This document shows, piece by piece, positions 11,030 through 21,110 of a stretch of 64,000 nucleotides of DNA. Source of the stretch: Sphingomonadaceae bacterium (lineage in GTDB: Bacteria > Pseudomonadota > Alphaproteobacteria > Sphingomonadales > Sphingomonadaceae). Location: positions 43,449-107,448 of the forward strand of contig DATMRS010000017.1 of assembly GCA_035566015.1 (NCBI GenBank), read 5' to 3'. How positions within the stretch are numbered: the stretch's first letter is position 1; every line of letters begins with the position of its first letter. Under the pieces are notes generated by a model. The model was not told the origin of the DNA and made no database searches. It worked only from the letters and a program-made list of their open reading frames with translations. The position numbers and the translations under genes are program-made.

Positions 11030-12235
11030 ATGAAAGACGCGTTCATCTGTGACGGCATACGCACGCCCATCGGCCGTTATGGCGGTTCGCTGGCGACGGT
11101 GCGGGCCGACGATCTTGCCACCCTGCCCCTCAAGGCGCTGGCGGGGCGGAATGGCGGGGTCGACTGGGGCGCGGTGGACGACGTCATTTTCGGCTGCGCC
11201 AATCAGGCGGGCGAGGACAATCGCAACGTGGCGCGGATGGCCACCCTACTGGCGGGATGGGGCGACGGCGTCACCGGAACGACGGTCAACCGCCTGTGCG
11301 GCTCCGGCCTCGACGCCCTCGCCATCGCCGCCCGACAGATACGTTGCGGGGAGGCCGACCTGATCGTCGCCGGCGGCGTGGAAAGCATGAGCCGCGCACC
11401 TTTCGTCCTGCCGAAGGTCGACAAGGCGTTCGGCAGGGGCGCAACGCTCTATGACACGACGATCGGCTGGCGCTTCGTCAATCCGCTCATGGTAGCGGCG
11501 TTCGGCACCGACTCTATGTCCGAGACGGCCGAGAATGTGGCCGACGATTTCAACATCAGCCGCGAGGATCAGGACCGGTTCGCGCTCGAAAGCCAGCGAC
11601 GCGCGGCGGCGGCCCAGGCCAGCGGCCGCCTTGATCGAGAGATCGTTCCGGTTTCGCTGCCGCAAAAAAACGCTGCGCCGTTCCTCTTCTCGCAGGACGA
11701 GCATCCCCGTTCGACCAGTCCGGAGGCGCTTGCCCGGCTGAAGCCGATCGTCCGGCCGAACGGAACGATCACCGCAGGCAATGCGTCGGGCGTGAACGAC
11801 GGCGCGGCCGCGTTGATCGTCGCCAGCGAAGAGGGCGTTCGCAGGCATGGTCTGACACCACGCGCCCGGATCCTCGGCGCGGCAACTGCCGGGGTACCGC
11901 CGCGCATCATGGGCATGGGCCCCGCCCCCGCTTCGGAAAAGCTGCTCTCCCGGCTCGGCATCGCAATCGGCGATGTTGAGGTGATCGAACTCAACGAGGC
12001 TTTCGCCAGTCAGGCGCTCGCCGTTCTGCGCCGGCTCGGCCTGCCCGACAATGCGGAACATGTGAACCCGAACGGAGGCGCGATCGCGCTCGGTCATCCG
12101 CTCGGCATGTCGGGCGCGCGGCTCGCCCTCACCGCCACCGAAGAGCTGGTGCAGCGCGACGCCCGCCTCGCTTTGTGCACGATGTGCATCGGCGTCGGCC
12201 AAGGTATCGCGATGATGATCGAACGCGCGCGCTAA
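11030..12235 (+). CDS. acetyl-CoA C-acyltransferase / 3-oxoadipyl-CoA thiolase-type thiolase
   Basis: 401 aa. [19 protein letters not shown]..., [10 protein letters not shown] (active-site Cys), ...NEAFASQ...[17 protein letters not shown]...CIGVGQG. Confidence 0.92.
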   Translation: MKDAFICDGIRTPIGRYGGSLATVRADDLATLPLKALAGRNGGVDWGAVDDVIFGCANQAGEDNRNVARMATLLAGWGDGVTGTTVNRLCGSGLDALAIAARQIRCGEADLIVAGGVESMSRAPFVLPKVDKAFGRGATLYDTTIGWRFVNPLMVAAFGTDSMSETAENVADDFNISREDQDRFALESQRRAAAAQASGRLDREIVPVSLPQKNAAPFLFSQDEHPRSTSPEALARLKPIVRPNGTITAGNASGVNDGAAALIVASEEGVRRHGLTPRARILGAATAGVPPRIMGMGPAPASEKLLSRLGIAIGDVEVIELNEAFASQALAVLRRLGLPDNAEHVNPNGGAIALGHPLGMSGARLALTATEELVQRDARLALCTMCIGVGQGIAMMIERAR

Positions 12236-12239
12236 GCCT

Positions 12240-14369
12240 CTACTGCGCCGCTGCCCGGCTGGGATCGGCTATGAAGGTTTTCGGCCGCGTCGGCGCGGGA
12301 TCGCCGTCCGCCTTCAACTTTTCGGCCTGGGCCGAAACATAGCCGCGGATCATGTCGATCTCGTCGGGGGCGAGAATTTTGCCCCAGCCGATCATGCCGT
12401 TGTCCTCAAGAAGGCCGTCATGAACGATCTGCTGCCACAAATCCTTTTCGGGTAGAGCCGCCGAACGGCGAAGGTCCGGAACGATATTGGGAGATCGCGC
12501 GCCGCCCGAATGACAGCGGGCGCAGTTGCGCGCGAACAGCGCGCCGCCTTGTTCAATCTGCGCCTGCGTCCAGTGGTCGGAAGCAGGATTGGCCGGGGGC
12601 GCCTTGCCCGGATCGGGCGGCAGCTTGGCCTTGCCGTCCAGACGGAACACGACGACGCGGCCGGGCTGCGGGGCATAGGAAACCTTGGAAGCCCCGGTGA
12701 GCATCGTCGGCCCGCCCGCCCCGCTGACGACCGCAAGATATTGCACGCCATCGATGCTGTAGGTGATCGGCGCCGGCATAGCGAAGTTCGGCATCGGATA
12801 GGACCATAGCTCCTTGCCATCGGTGGCCCGGTAAGCGGCCATCTCGCCGACCACGTCGCCGCGCGACTCGAACACCAGTCCGCCAGCGGTGGCGAGTGCG
12901 CCGCCGCCGGAAAACTCCTTTTTCCAGACGGTCTTGCCGGTCGCCGGATCGAAGGCGATGAAATAGGTCCGTGCGCCAATCGGCCGCGACAGGACGCCCG
13001 TGTTGGACGGCCCGCCGTCGACCTTCCTGAAATCGTCCATGGCCTGCATATACTGGCTGTTCTCGGACGTCGTCAGATAGACAAGGCCGGTCTTCGGATC
13101 ATAGGCCATCGGCGCGACCCCATGAGCGCCCCCCAGCCCCGGGCTGAGCAGGAACGGCCCATGTTCGTAGCGCGAATTGGGCGTATCGACCGGACGGCCG
13201 GTCGCCAGATCGATACGCTTCGCCCACGTGATCCCTTTCACGAACGGATTGGCGGACAGAAGCTTCCCGGTGCGCCGGTCGATAATATAGAAAAAGCCGT
13301 TCTTGGGCGCATGGAACAGCACCTTGCGCATCTTACCGCCGATCTTCATCTCCGTCTGCACGATCGGCTGGACCGAATTATAGTCCCAGCTTTCCGCCGG
13401 ATTTTCCTGATAATGCCAGACATATTTGCCCGTATCGGCGTCGATCGCGACGATCGAGCACAGGAATAGGTTGTCCCCCTGCCGGTTCGAACGGACCTGA
13501 TAGTTCCACGGTGAGCCGTTGCCGGTGCCGATGTAAATCTGGTTCAGGTCCGGATCGTAGGATATCGCATTCCAGGCGGTGCCGCCGCCGCCATATTTGT
13601 ACCATTCGCCGTGCCAGGTCGGCTCGACGAGGCTTTTCATGATCGGGTCGGATGCCGCGCCGTCGGGCGGCGCCTTGGGATCGCCCGGCACCGTATAGAA
13701 GCGCCAGACCATCTTGCCGGTCTGCGCGTCATAGGCGCTGACATAGCCGCGCACGCCGAAATCGGCCCCGCCATTGCCGATGATCACCTTGCCCCGGGCG
13801 ATGCGCGGCGCACCCGTTATCGCGTACATCTGCTTGGGATCGGTCGTCTGCACGCTCCAGACCGGTTTGCCCGTTCGGGCGTCTACGGCGATCAGGCGTC
13901 CGTCGATCGTGCCGATATAGACCTTGCCGTCGTAGACGGCCGCGCCCCGGTTGACGACGTCGCAGCACGCGCGCACGCCCAGCTTGCCGGGCACCTTGGG
14001 ATCGTAGAACCAGAGCTGTTTGCCGGTCCTGGCGTCGAGCGCATAGAGCTTGCTCCACGCCGTGCTGACATACATCACGCCGTCCACGACCAGCGGCTCG
14101 GACTCCTGTCCTCGTGTCGTATCGAGCTCGAAATACCAGGCGGGCACGAGCCGGCTGACATTGCTTTGGTTGATCTGGTCGAGCGTGGAATAATATTGGC
14201 CGTAATAGGTGCCCCCGTTCACTAGCCAGCTTTCCGGTTCCTCAGCGGCATGCACCATACGCGCGTCGGTCAGCGCGGCCGAGCCGTAGGAGGTATCGCC
14301 CCGATGATCGCCGGCTCCCGCAAGGACCACCGCGAAGGCCGCGGCCATAAAGATACGAACACCTTCCAT
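12240..14369 (-). CDS. quinohemoprotein (type II) PQQ-dependent alcohol dehydrogenase with C-terminal cytochrome c domain
   Basis: ORF 12240..14549. Start moved to MEGVRIFMAAAFAVVLAG (signal peptide) at 14369, alternative 14402, because the longer form overlaps the upstream gene. Vicinal-Cys GVRACCDVVNRG, WDYNS active-site region, C-terminal CARCH heme c motif. Confidence 0.88.
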   Translation of the reverse strand: MEGVRIFMAAAFAVVLAGAGDHRGDTSYGSAALTDARMVHAAEEPESWLVNGGTYYGQYYSTLDQINQSNVSRLVPAWYFELDTTRGQESEPLVVDGVMYVSTAWSKLYALDARTGKQLWFYDPKVPGKLGVRACCDVVNRGAAVYDGKVYIGTIDGRLIAVDARTGKPVWSVQTTDPKQMYAITGAPRIARGKVIIGNGGADFGVRGYVSAYDAQTGKMVWRFYTVPGDPKAPPDGAASDPIMKSLVEPTWHGEWYKYGGGGTAWNAISYDPDLNQIYIGTGNGSPWNYQVRSNRQGDNLFLCSIVAIDADTGKYVWHYQENPAESWDYNSVQPIVQTEMKIGGKMRKVLFHAPKNGFFYIIDRRTGKLLSANPFVKGITWAKRIDLATGRPVDTPNSRYEHGPFLLSPGLGGAHGVAPMAYDPKTGLVYLTTSENSQYMQAMDDFRKVDGGPSNTGVLSRPIGARTYFIAFDPATGKTVWKKEFSGGGALATAGGLVFESRGDVVGEMAAYRATDGKELWSYPMPNFAMPAPITYSIDGVQYLAVVSGAGGPTMLTGASKVSYAPQPGRVVVFRLDGKAKLPPDPGKAPPANPASDHWTQAQIEQGGALFARNCARCHSGGARSPNIVPDLRRSAALPEKDLWQQIVHDGLLEDNGMIGWGKILAPDEIDMIRGYVSAQAEKLKADGDPAPTRPKTFIADPSRAAAQ

Positions 14370-14425
14370 AGGGCGATCCTGTCTGTAATCATGGATGGGC
14401 ATCAGCGCGGCCGGCGATCGGCCAG

Positions 14426-15277
14426 TCAGGCGAGCGGCTCGCCTTCGAAGGTGATCCTGTGCATCAGACGCCGCTCGCCCTGATAATCGTTCGCCGCATA
14501 ATGCCAGGCGGTGATATTGTCCCAGAAAGCCACCGAGCCCTCGTCCCAATGGAAGCGGCAGAAAAACTCGGCACGCTCACGTGCATAACTGTAGAGATAT
14601 TGCAGCAGCGGCTGGCTTTCGGCTTCGCTCCAGCCTTCGAAATGCTTGGTGTAGGCCGCGTTGACGTAGAGGCTTTTGCGGCCGTTCACCGGATGCGTCA
14701 CCACGACCGGATGCACCGCTTTCTCTTCATCCTGGTCGGTGTTGATCAGCCCACCGCCGCTCTTGGCGAAACGGTAGCCGCTGTTGGAATGCACCGCCCT
14801 CAGACGCGATAGCGTTGCCTTGAGCCCCTCCGACAACGACTCATAAACGGCCGCCATGTTCAGGAACAAGGTGTCGCCACCGACGGGCGGCAATTCGCGC
14901 GCCACGAGTATCGAGCCGGTCGGCGGTTCGGCATAGAAGGACCCATCGGTGTGCCACGCTCCGCCGATGTTTGTCGTCTGCTGCTCTTCCTTCCGCACTT
15001 CGGACATGTGGGGATAGCCCTCCACCGTCTTGACGAAGCGCACCTTTTTCACCGGGCCGAAGTGCCGCGCGAACCGATCGTGATCCGTCGGCGTCAGCGA
15101 CTGCCCGCGAAAAAAGGCGACGCCATAATCGGCGGTGGCGCGGCGGATCGCGGCATAGGCCTCCTCGGGAAGCGGCTTCGACAAATCCAGACCGAGGATT
15201 TCCACCCCGCAATGGCCGGTTACGGGCCGGATATCGAGGATACCGTCATATTTTCCTTCATTCTGTCCATGTGCCAT
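14426..15277 (-). CDS. TauD/TfdA-family Fe(II)/2-oxoglutarate-dependent dioxygenase
   Basis: 283 aa. ...GGAWHTDGSFYAEPPTGSIL... (HxD) plus a distal His. Taurine-dioxygenase-like. Confidence 0.85.
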   Translation of the reverse strand: MAHGQNEGKYDGILDIRPVTGHCGVEILGLDLSKPLPEEAYAAIRRATADYGVAFFRGQSLTPTDHDRFARHFGPVKKVRFVKTVEGYPHMSEVRKEEQQTTNIGGAWHTDGSFYAEPPTGSILVARELPPVGGDTLFLNMAAVYESLSEGLKATLSRLRAVHSNSGYRFAKSGGGLINTDQDEEKAVHPVVVTHPVNGRKSLYVNAAYTKHFEGWSEAESQPLLQYLYSYARERAEFFCRFHWDEGSVAFWDNITAWHYAANDYQGERRLMHRITFEGEPLA

Positions 15278-15315
15278 GGCTCGATCCTCAATAATGTGAT
15301 TGCTAGTCGAACCCG

Positions 15316-16503
15316 TTATCGCGCGCCTTTGCGGGGATGCGCCTTCAGGGCTTCTTCATTGATCTCGACGCCCCATCCGGGCCCCTGCGGAACGTTGATC
15401 GCGCCGTCTTCCAGAGCCGGCAGCGCGCTGAACACATCCTTCGCCCACGGAACGATATCGGCATCGAATTCCAATATCCGGAGATTGGGAATGACGGCGG
15501 CGAAGTGCGCGCCCATCATCGCGTGGAAGGGGCTGCCCGCGGTATGGACCGCCACATTGACCTGGAAGCTGTCCGCCAGGCTCGCCATGCGCACCGCCTC
15601 GGGCATGCCGTTCCACATCATGTCGATGATCGCGACGTCGACAGCCTGATGCTGGAGATAGGGCAAGAGATGCCGGCGTCCATATATCGCCTCGAGCGAG
15701 GCGATCGGCGTCCGCGTCGACCGTCTTATATCCGCCAATGCGGCGGGCTCATACAGGTCGAACTCCAGCCAATCCGGATCGAACCCCTCCAACGCGCGCG
15801 CGATCCGGCGGAAACCTTCCGGCCTGAACGAGAAATTGAGATCGAGCATCAGGCCGGTGTCGGGGCCCGCCCCTTCGCGCATCACCTCCAACTGGCGGAG
15901 AAGCGCCTTGAGCGTCTGGGCATCCAAGTTGCGGGCGGGATCGCTATTGCGACGGCCGAGATTGGGGCCGAGCGTGCCGTCGGGCTGATCGAACATCATC
16001 AGGTTGGTCTTGAAACTACCGATGCCCCTTGCGGGTACCTCGGCGGCGACACGGCGCAGATCGTCGAGCCGGCGTACCGGCGTTACCCCCATGGCCTTTT
16101 CGAACAGATCGGGTACCATCGCGCGATAGAGGCCGCAATGCGACCAGTAAACCGGCGTGCGATCGCGGACTTTTCCGCCGAAAAGATCCCAGACGGGCAC
16201 ACCCAGCGCCTTGGCCTTGATATCCAAACACGCATTTTCGATCGCCGCCGCCGCCCGCATGTTCAGCCCGCCATCGTTGAGGCGGATGGCGGTTTCCAGC
16301 GCCGCGCCGATCCTGCCCGTCTGCCGCGGGTCCTGGCCGATCAGCGGGCCCGCGAGGGCGTGGATTACCGCCGGCAGCGCCGCCACCCGCAGGCCGGTAA
16401 ATTCGGACCAGCCGACCAATCCTTCGTCGGTCGTGATCTTAAGGAACGACCAGGTCTGCCAGCCGCCGTCGGCGTGGAAATCCTCAACTTTGGCAATACG
16501 CAT
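15316..16503 (-). CDS. enolase-superfamily dehydratase (galactonate dehydratase-like)
   Basis: 395 aa. MRIAKVEDFHADGGWQTWSFLKITTDEGLVGWSEF... is the typical N-terminal capping domain. LMLDLNF and DWLEFD barrel motifs present. Confidence 0.82.
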   Translation of the reverse strand: MRIAKVEDFHADGGWQTWSFLKITTDEGLVGWSEFTGLRVAALPAVIHALAGPLIGQDPRQTGRIGAALETAIRLNDGGLNMRAAAAIENACLDIKAKALGVPVWDLFGGKVRDRTPVYWSHCGLYRAMVPDLFEKAMGVTPVRRLDDLRRVAAEVPARGIGSFKTNLMMFDQPDGTLGPNLGRRNSDPARNLDAQTLKALLRQLEVMREGAGPDTGLMLDLNFSFRPEGFRRIARALEGFDPDWLEFDLYEPAALADIRRSTRTPIASLEAIYGRRHLLPYLQHQAVDVAIIDMMWNGMPEAVRMASLADSFQVNVAVHTAGSPFHAMMGAHFAAVIPNLRILEFDADIVPWAKDVFSALPALEDGAINVPQGPGWGVEINEEALKAHPRKGAR

Positions 16504-16517
16504 CGTGCCGAGCCCCG

Positions 16518-19391
16518 TCAGAACTTCACGGAGGCGCCCACCTGGAACCGGCGCCCGACAAAATCGTAGTAGACGCCGTTCGACGTGGCGAAGAGGCCCG
16601 GTATCGGATCGACCGGCGGGTCCTGGTTCAACAGATTCTGGATCGAGCCAAAGAGCTGAAGATTTTCGGTGATATCATAGCTGCTGTAGAGGCTGAGATA
16701 TGCGATCGCCGGGACACTGTTGTCATTGATCGTCGAAGACGGCCCCTGATTGTAGGAATTATCGATCGTGCCGGCGGAAATGAAATCGACCCGCGCCGTA
16801 ACCGACGCCGGGCCCAGCGCATAGGTGCTGGAAAATGTGAACTTCGCACGGGGTAGAGAATAATTGTTGTTCCCGCCATTTTCGCCCGCGTGATCGACAG
16901 TGTCCCCGCCGGCTCCCAGGTTCACCTTGACGTGATTCACATAGGTCATGTTGAAATCGGTTGAGAGCGATCCCGGTATCGATCCGAGCTCGGTTCTATA
17001 GGCCAGCTCGACGTTGAAGCCGTCTGATTTCACGAAACCGGCATTCAGGACGGGCAGATTGAGCGCCGTCGGCGCGCCATCCGCATCGAACGTGAATTTG
17101 CTGCAGAAAAATTCATCCCCCGCATTGCACAGGTTCGCGACGTTGGAGCTTGCGACCGACGTGATCGCGCCTTGCAGATTGACCCTGTAATAATCCACCG
17201 ACGCCTGGAAACCCGGCAGGAACCTGGGTTGGAAGACAGCGCCCGCTGTCACCGTGTCCGCGATTTCCGGATCGAGATCGCGGTTTCCGATCGACACATT
17301 TGCCGGAATGTTGCGTGTGAAGCCGTTGACTGTGATTGTATTCTGGTTGACCGAACCCTTGCCGAACAACTCGAAAATAGCCGGTGCCCGCAAGTCGCGC
17401 GACCGCGTCGCCCGGAAGCGAAGACCTTCGACAGGCTCATAATTAACGCCGATCTTCCAGGTCGTATGATCGCCCGCCGTACTGTAGCTGGCATAACGGA
17501 TCGCGGCATCGATATCCAGCGATCGTGCCATCGGCAAATCGCGCGCAAGCGGCACGAGGACTTCGAGATAGCCTTCCTTGACGTTGAACGATCCGTCGAG
17601 ATTGGTAGCGTTGTTGAGCAGGAAACCGCCCGCGTCCGAAACCGGATCGACGCGGACCTTCTCCTTTTCACGGCGATATTCGAAGCCCGCCGCGATAGCG
17701 ACCGGGCCTGCCCAGGTGCTGAATGGCTGTCCGCGCAGGTTGATCGCGGCGCTGTCCTGATCGTAATCCGCATATTGATAGGCGGTCTTCAGATAATAAT
17801 TGGCGGCATCCACCGAAGGCGCGCCCACGCCGCCAACCAGATTGACCGGCTGGCACCCCGCCGCCGCGGGATCGAAGAAGGGGCCCGGCACGGTCGCCCG
17901 GCAGACGATCTGGCCGTTATACAGTACGGCGTCGGTCGCGAAGGCGAACTTGGCCTTGTCCTGATTATGCTCGGTCGCGTTTCTGTAGCGATTGCGGCCG
18001 AAGCCGACATGCGCGTCCCAGTTCCAGCCGCCGCCCAGATCGCCCTTTGCGCCCAGGGCGACATGCCACGTCCGGGTGCGCCCTCTCGCCACGCCATTGG
18101 CCAGCTCACCGGTTCCCGTAAGGTCGTAATTCAATCGATTGATCGTGAAGCTGGAAATACCGGCCGCATCCATCGCATCGACGATCTGCTGCGATAGATA
18201 AGGGTTGTCGCGGCGGATCACCGCGCCAAGCGCGCGCGGCGGATTGACGATATTGATGCTCTTCACCTGCGCATAGGACGCCTCGACGAACAGCGACAAA
18301 GCATCGCTTACATCATATTGTGTCCGCAAATAGGTGCTGAGCCGGGAGACGGGGTTTGCCAGGCTGTTGTTCGTCGTGAACGCCGTCGCGTTGGGATCGC
18401 CGCCGACCATGGTGAGCGCGCCCGGAAACTCACCCAGCTCGAACGGCGCCAGCGCCCCGCCGGGCAGGAACTGCATATTGGCGAGCGAGAAATTCGCCGG
18501 TCCGGTAATGACGCCGCCCGGTGTCGACTTGGCGACGACGTTGGGCAGGACGAGGTTGGCCGGCAATCCGTTCGTCTTCCAGTTCGGATTGCTGACGATA
18601 TTGTAGAGTTTCGCGCTCCAGTCGCGCGTATAGACATCGCCCAGGCCAGCATCATGCGAATAATCGAACCCGGCGACGATGTTGCCCCGACCATCGGCAA
18701 AGTCGGTGCCGGCAAGACCGCCGATCCGATAGGTTTCATTGTCCCCATATTGGGAAATCCCGGTCTGCCCCTTGATCTCGATGCCTTTATATTTTGATTT
18801 CAGGAAGACGTTGACCACGCCGGCCACGGCATCAGAGCCCCATTGGGCCGACGCGCCGCCCGTCACGACATCGACATGGTCGATCATCAGCGAGGGAATG
18901 ACGTTGAGGTCAACCGCCACGACCGACCCGGCGGACGCCGCCGGCGCCTGCGGAACCATCCGCATGCCGTCCAGCAGCACGAGCGTGCGGTTGGCGCCCA
19001 AGCCGTAGAGGTCCGCGAAATTGGCGCCGGGAAGCTGCGTGCGATAGCCGGTCGAGGCCGGATTGAACGTCGCCTTGAACGACGGCATCTTCGTCAGCAC
19101 GTCGGCGACATTGCTGGCCTGGAATTTGTCGAGAGCCTCATTCGATACCACCGCCATCGGCGTCGGCGCGTTGAAGCCGCTGACGTTTACGCGCGATCCG
19201 GTGACGACGATTTCCTGAATCGGTGCCGGCGTGCCGGCGGTCGAGCTATTGGGCGTCGACGCGGCGGGCGAAGTCTGGGCAACCGCCGTGCCACTTATGC
19301 AAAGGCCAAGCGCCAGAACACTCGCACCCGGAAATTTCAATTTCCCCTTTTGCAGTCCAAAGTCCGCACGATGGGCAGATTCTCTCACCAC
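16518..19391 (-). CDS. TonB-dependent outer-membrane receptor
   Basis: 957 aa. Signal peptide, plug-domain motifs (IVVTGSR, DGMRM-like LLDGMRMV), C-terminal ...RRFQVGASVKF with terminal Phe. Confidence 0.9.
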   Translation of the reverse strand: MVRESAHRADFGLQKGKLKFPGASVLALGLCISGTAVAQTSPAASTPNSSTAGTPAPIQEIVVTGSRVNVSGFNAPTPMAVVSNEALDKFQASNVADVLTKMPSFKATFNPASTGYRTQLPGANFADLYGLGANRTLVLLDGMRMVPQAPAASAGSVVAVDLNVIPSLMIDHVDVVTGGASAQWGSDAVAGVVNVFLKSKYKGIEIKGQTGISQYGDNETYRIGGLAGTDFADGRGNIVAGFDYSHDAGLGDVYTRDWSAKLYNIVSNPNWKTNGLPANLVLPNVVAKSTPGGVITGPANFSLANMQFLPGGALAPFELGEFPGALTMVGGDPNATAFTTNNSLANPVSRLSTYLRTQYDVSDALSLFVEASYAQVKSINIVNPPRALGAVIRRDNPYLSQQIVDAMDAAGISSFTINRLNYDLTGTGELANGVARGRTRTWHVALGAKGDLGGGWNWDAHVGFGRNRYRNATEHNQDKAKFAFATDAVLYNGQIVCRATVPGPFFDPAAAGCQPVNLVGGVGAPSVDAANYYLKTAYQYADYDQDSAAINLRGQPFSTWAGPVAIAAGFEYRREKEKVRVDPVSDAGGFLLNNATNLDGSFNVKEGYLEVLVPLARDLPMARSLDIDAAIRYASYSTAGDHTTWKIGVNYEPVEGLRFRATRSRDLRAPAIFELFGKGSVNQNTITVNGFTRNIPANVSIGNRDLDPEIADTVTAGAVFQPRFLPGFQASVDYYRVNLQGAITSVASSNVANLCNAGDEFFCSKFTFDADGAPTALNLPVLNAGFVKSDGFNVELAYRTELGSIPGSLSTDFNMTYVNHVKVNLGAGGDTVDHAGENGGNNNYSLPRAKFTFSSTYALGPASVTARVDFISAGTIDNSYNQGPSSTINDNSVPAIAYLSLYSSYDITENLQLFGSIQNLLNQDPPVDPIPGLFATSNGVYYDFVGRRFQVGASVKF

Positions 19392-19748
19392 ATCTCCCTC
19401 CCAATATAATCATCAAAGATTTTTTCGATCATTTTATTATTTACGTCCGCAAGGTTGAGCGGCTTTTACTTCTTCACTATCTGCCGGACGGAAAACGCCC
19501 GAATCTACGCCAAACAGCGGCGCGATAGGTCTACGGCTGTCGGGCGCTTCCTCACGCCTGTTAGCCAACGCCTAGGCAACTCTACTCAATCACCTAGATT
19601 ATTAGTACATCGGTCGCAACCGCGCAACTCTTTTGCGTCTGCCTGAAAATTCCCATTTTGCTTGCCGCGAATTGGATCGCCGAAATCATGAACGATTAAT
19701 CTGTAGCATTCGATCTTGATGCTCGACAAAGGTGCGCTATCGGGCCGA

Positions 19749-21110
19749 TCAGGCTCGACCCGTTGCCGCCCGACCATGCTCGCGATGGAGGAAATGGGCC
19801 GCCCCGAACAGCATGAGCGCCGACCCCGCCGGGAAGGTCGCCACCACCAGAAGCGAATAGCGAACCGACTGAGCGCCGAAGCCCTGAAGGACATAATCGT
19901 TGAGATAGCCGACGAGTAGCGGCCCGAGGCTGGTGCCGATCAGGCTTGCCGACAGCAGCAGGATCGAAACCGCGAGCGCGCGGCGCTGCGGCCCCGCAAT
20001 CTCCATGGCCACGGCGTAGACGGGGGCTGTGTGCGCCAAAAGGAACAGGCTTTCGAGGCCGATGCCCGCCATCCACGCCCAGCGCGGCTCGCCGAGCAGG
20101 AACAGCACCTGCGACGGCGTGACCGCGAGGCAGCAGAGCGCCGGAAGCCACAGCCGCCAGCGCGCATCGCCTTTACCGAGCTGGTCTGTCAAAAAGCCCG
20201 CCATCAGCACGCCCACCGCAGTCAGCACGCCACGGAATGGCCCCAGTGCAACGGCGATCTCCCCGATGCCAAGACCATGGACGCGCGTCAGAAAGATCGC
20301 GCTCCACGCCGACGTAGCGTTGAGATGCGCGCCCACCAGCGCCGAGCTGCAGGCCAGCAAGACGAAAGGCAGCCTTACGAAACTGAAATCGAGAAACTTC
20401 GCGCTATCGTTACGCGCCGATTTTTCTGCGGCCGTTTCAAACCGACGCCGAGGCGGCTCCTTGACCGTCAGCGCCAGTATGCCGGCGAGCGAGAGCCCGA
20501 CCAGGCCGGAGACGATGAAGGTCGTCCGCCAGCCATAAGACTGGCCGATCCAGCCCGCGATCGGATAGAAAATGATGCTGCTGATCGACGTCCCCGCCGC
20601 GAAGTAGACCGACAAAGCCCGCGCGCGCGTGCGCCGACTGAACATGTCGTTGATCATCGCGTTGGAGGGCGCGGTGCCGCACGCCTCGCCCGCCCCCATG
20701 AGGAAGCGTGTCGCGGCCAGTTCGAAAGCATTGGTCACGAAGCCGGTGAACATCGTCATCAGGCTCCACGCCGCGAAGCCGACGGTAATCACCACACGGC
20801 GGCTGACCCGATCGGCCAATGCCGCCATCGGCACGCCGAGAAGCGCATAGAAGAGAACGAAGGCGAATCCTGAAATCAGCCCGTAAACAGTATCGCTGAT
20901 ATGAACGTCGATCCGGATGAGCGGCGCCAGAAGCCCCAGGAGCCCGCGATCGAAATAGTTGAATGCCGCGATCAGGATCAGGATGAACAGCGTATAGCCC
21001 GTCCGCGCCTTCGAAAAGGGCGCTTCCGAGGCTGTGATATCCGCGTTATTGGCGGCGGAAGCGCCCAATGGCATTTCCTGCTGCGCGTGCGACGAATAGG
21101 CCTGCGTCAT
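19749..21110 (-). CDS. MFS transporter
   Basis: C-terminal 453 aa of ORF 19749..21731, starting MTQAYSSHAQ (ATG 21110-21108), which overlaps the upstream gene stop as ATGA. Multi-TM hydrophobic sequence with FNYFDRGLLG... MFS motif. Confidence 0.82.
   Translation of the reverse strand: MTQAYSSHAQQEMPLGASAANNADITASEAPFSKARTGYTLFILILIAAFNYFDRGLLGLLAPLIRIDVHISDTVYGLISGFAFVLFYALLGVPMAALADRVSRRVVITVGFAAWSLMTMFTGFVTNAFELAATRFLMGAGEACGTAPSNAMINDMFSRRTRARALSVYFAAGTSISSIIFYPIAGWIGQSYGWRTTFIVSGLVGLSLAGILALTVKEPPRRRFETAAEKSARNDSAKFLDFSFVRLPFVLLACSSALVGAHLNATSAWSAIFLTRVHGLGIGEIAVALGPFRGVLTAVGVLMAGFLTDQLGKGDARWRLWLPALCCLAVTPSQVLFLLGEPRWAWMAGIGLESLFLLAHTAPVYAVAMEIAGPQRRALAVSILLLSASLIGTSLGPLLVGYLNDYVLQGFGAQSVRYSLLVVATFPAGSALMLFGAAHFLHREHGRAATGRA

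Noticed and set aside
19392-19748. 357-bp relatively AT-rich leader upstream of the TonB-dependent receptor, considered as a riboswitch (for example cobalamin or TPP)
   Set aside because: I could not find the conserved B12-box or TPP-riboswitch core sequences on the transcribed strand. It is probably just a promoter/5' UTR region, which an Rfam scan would settle.
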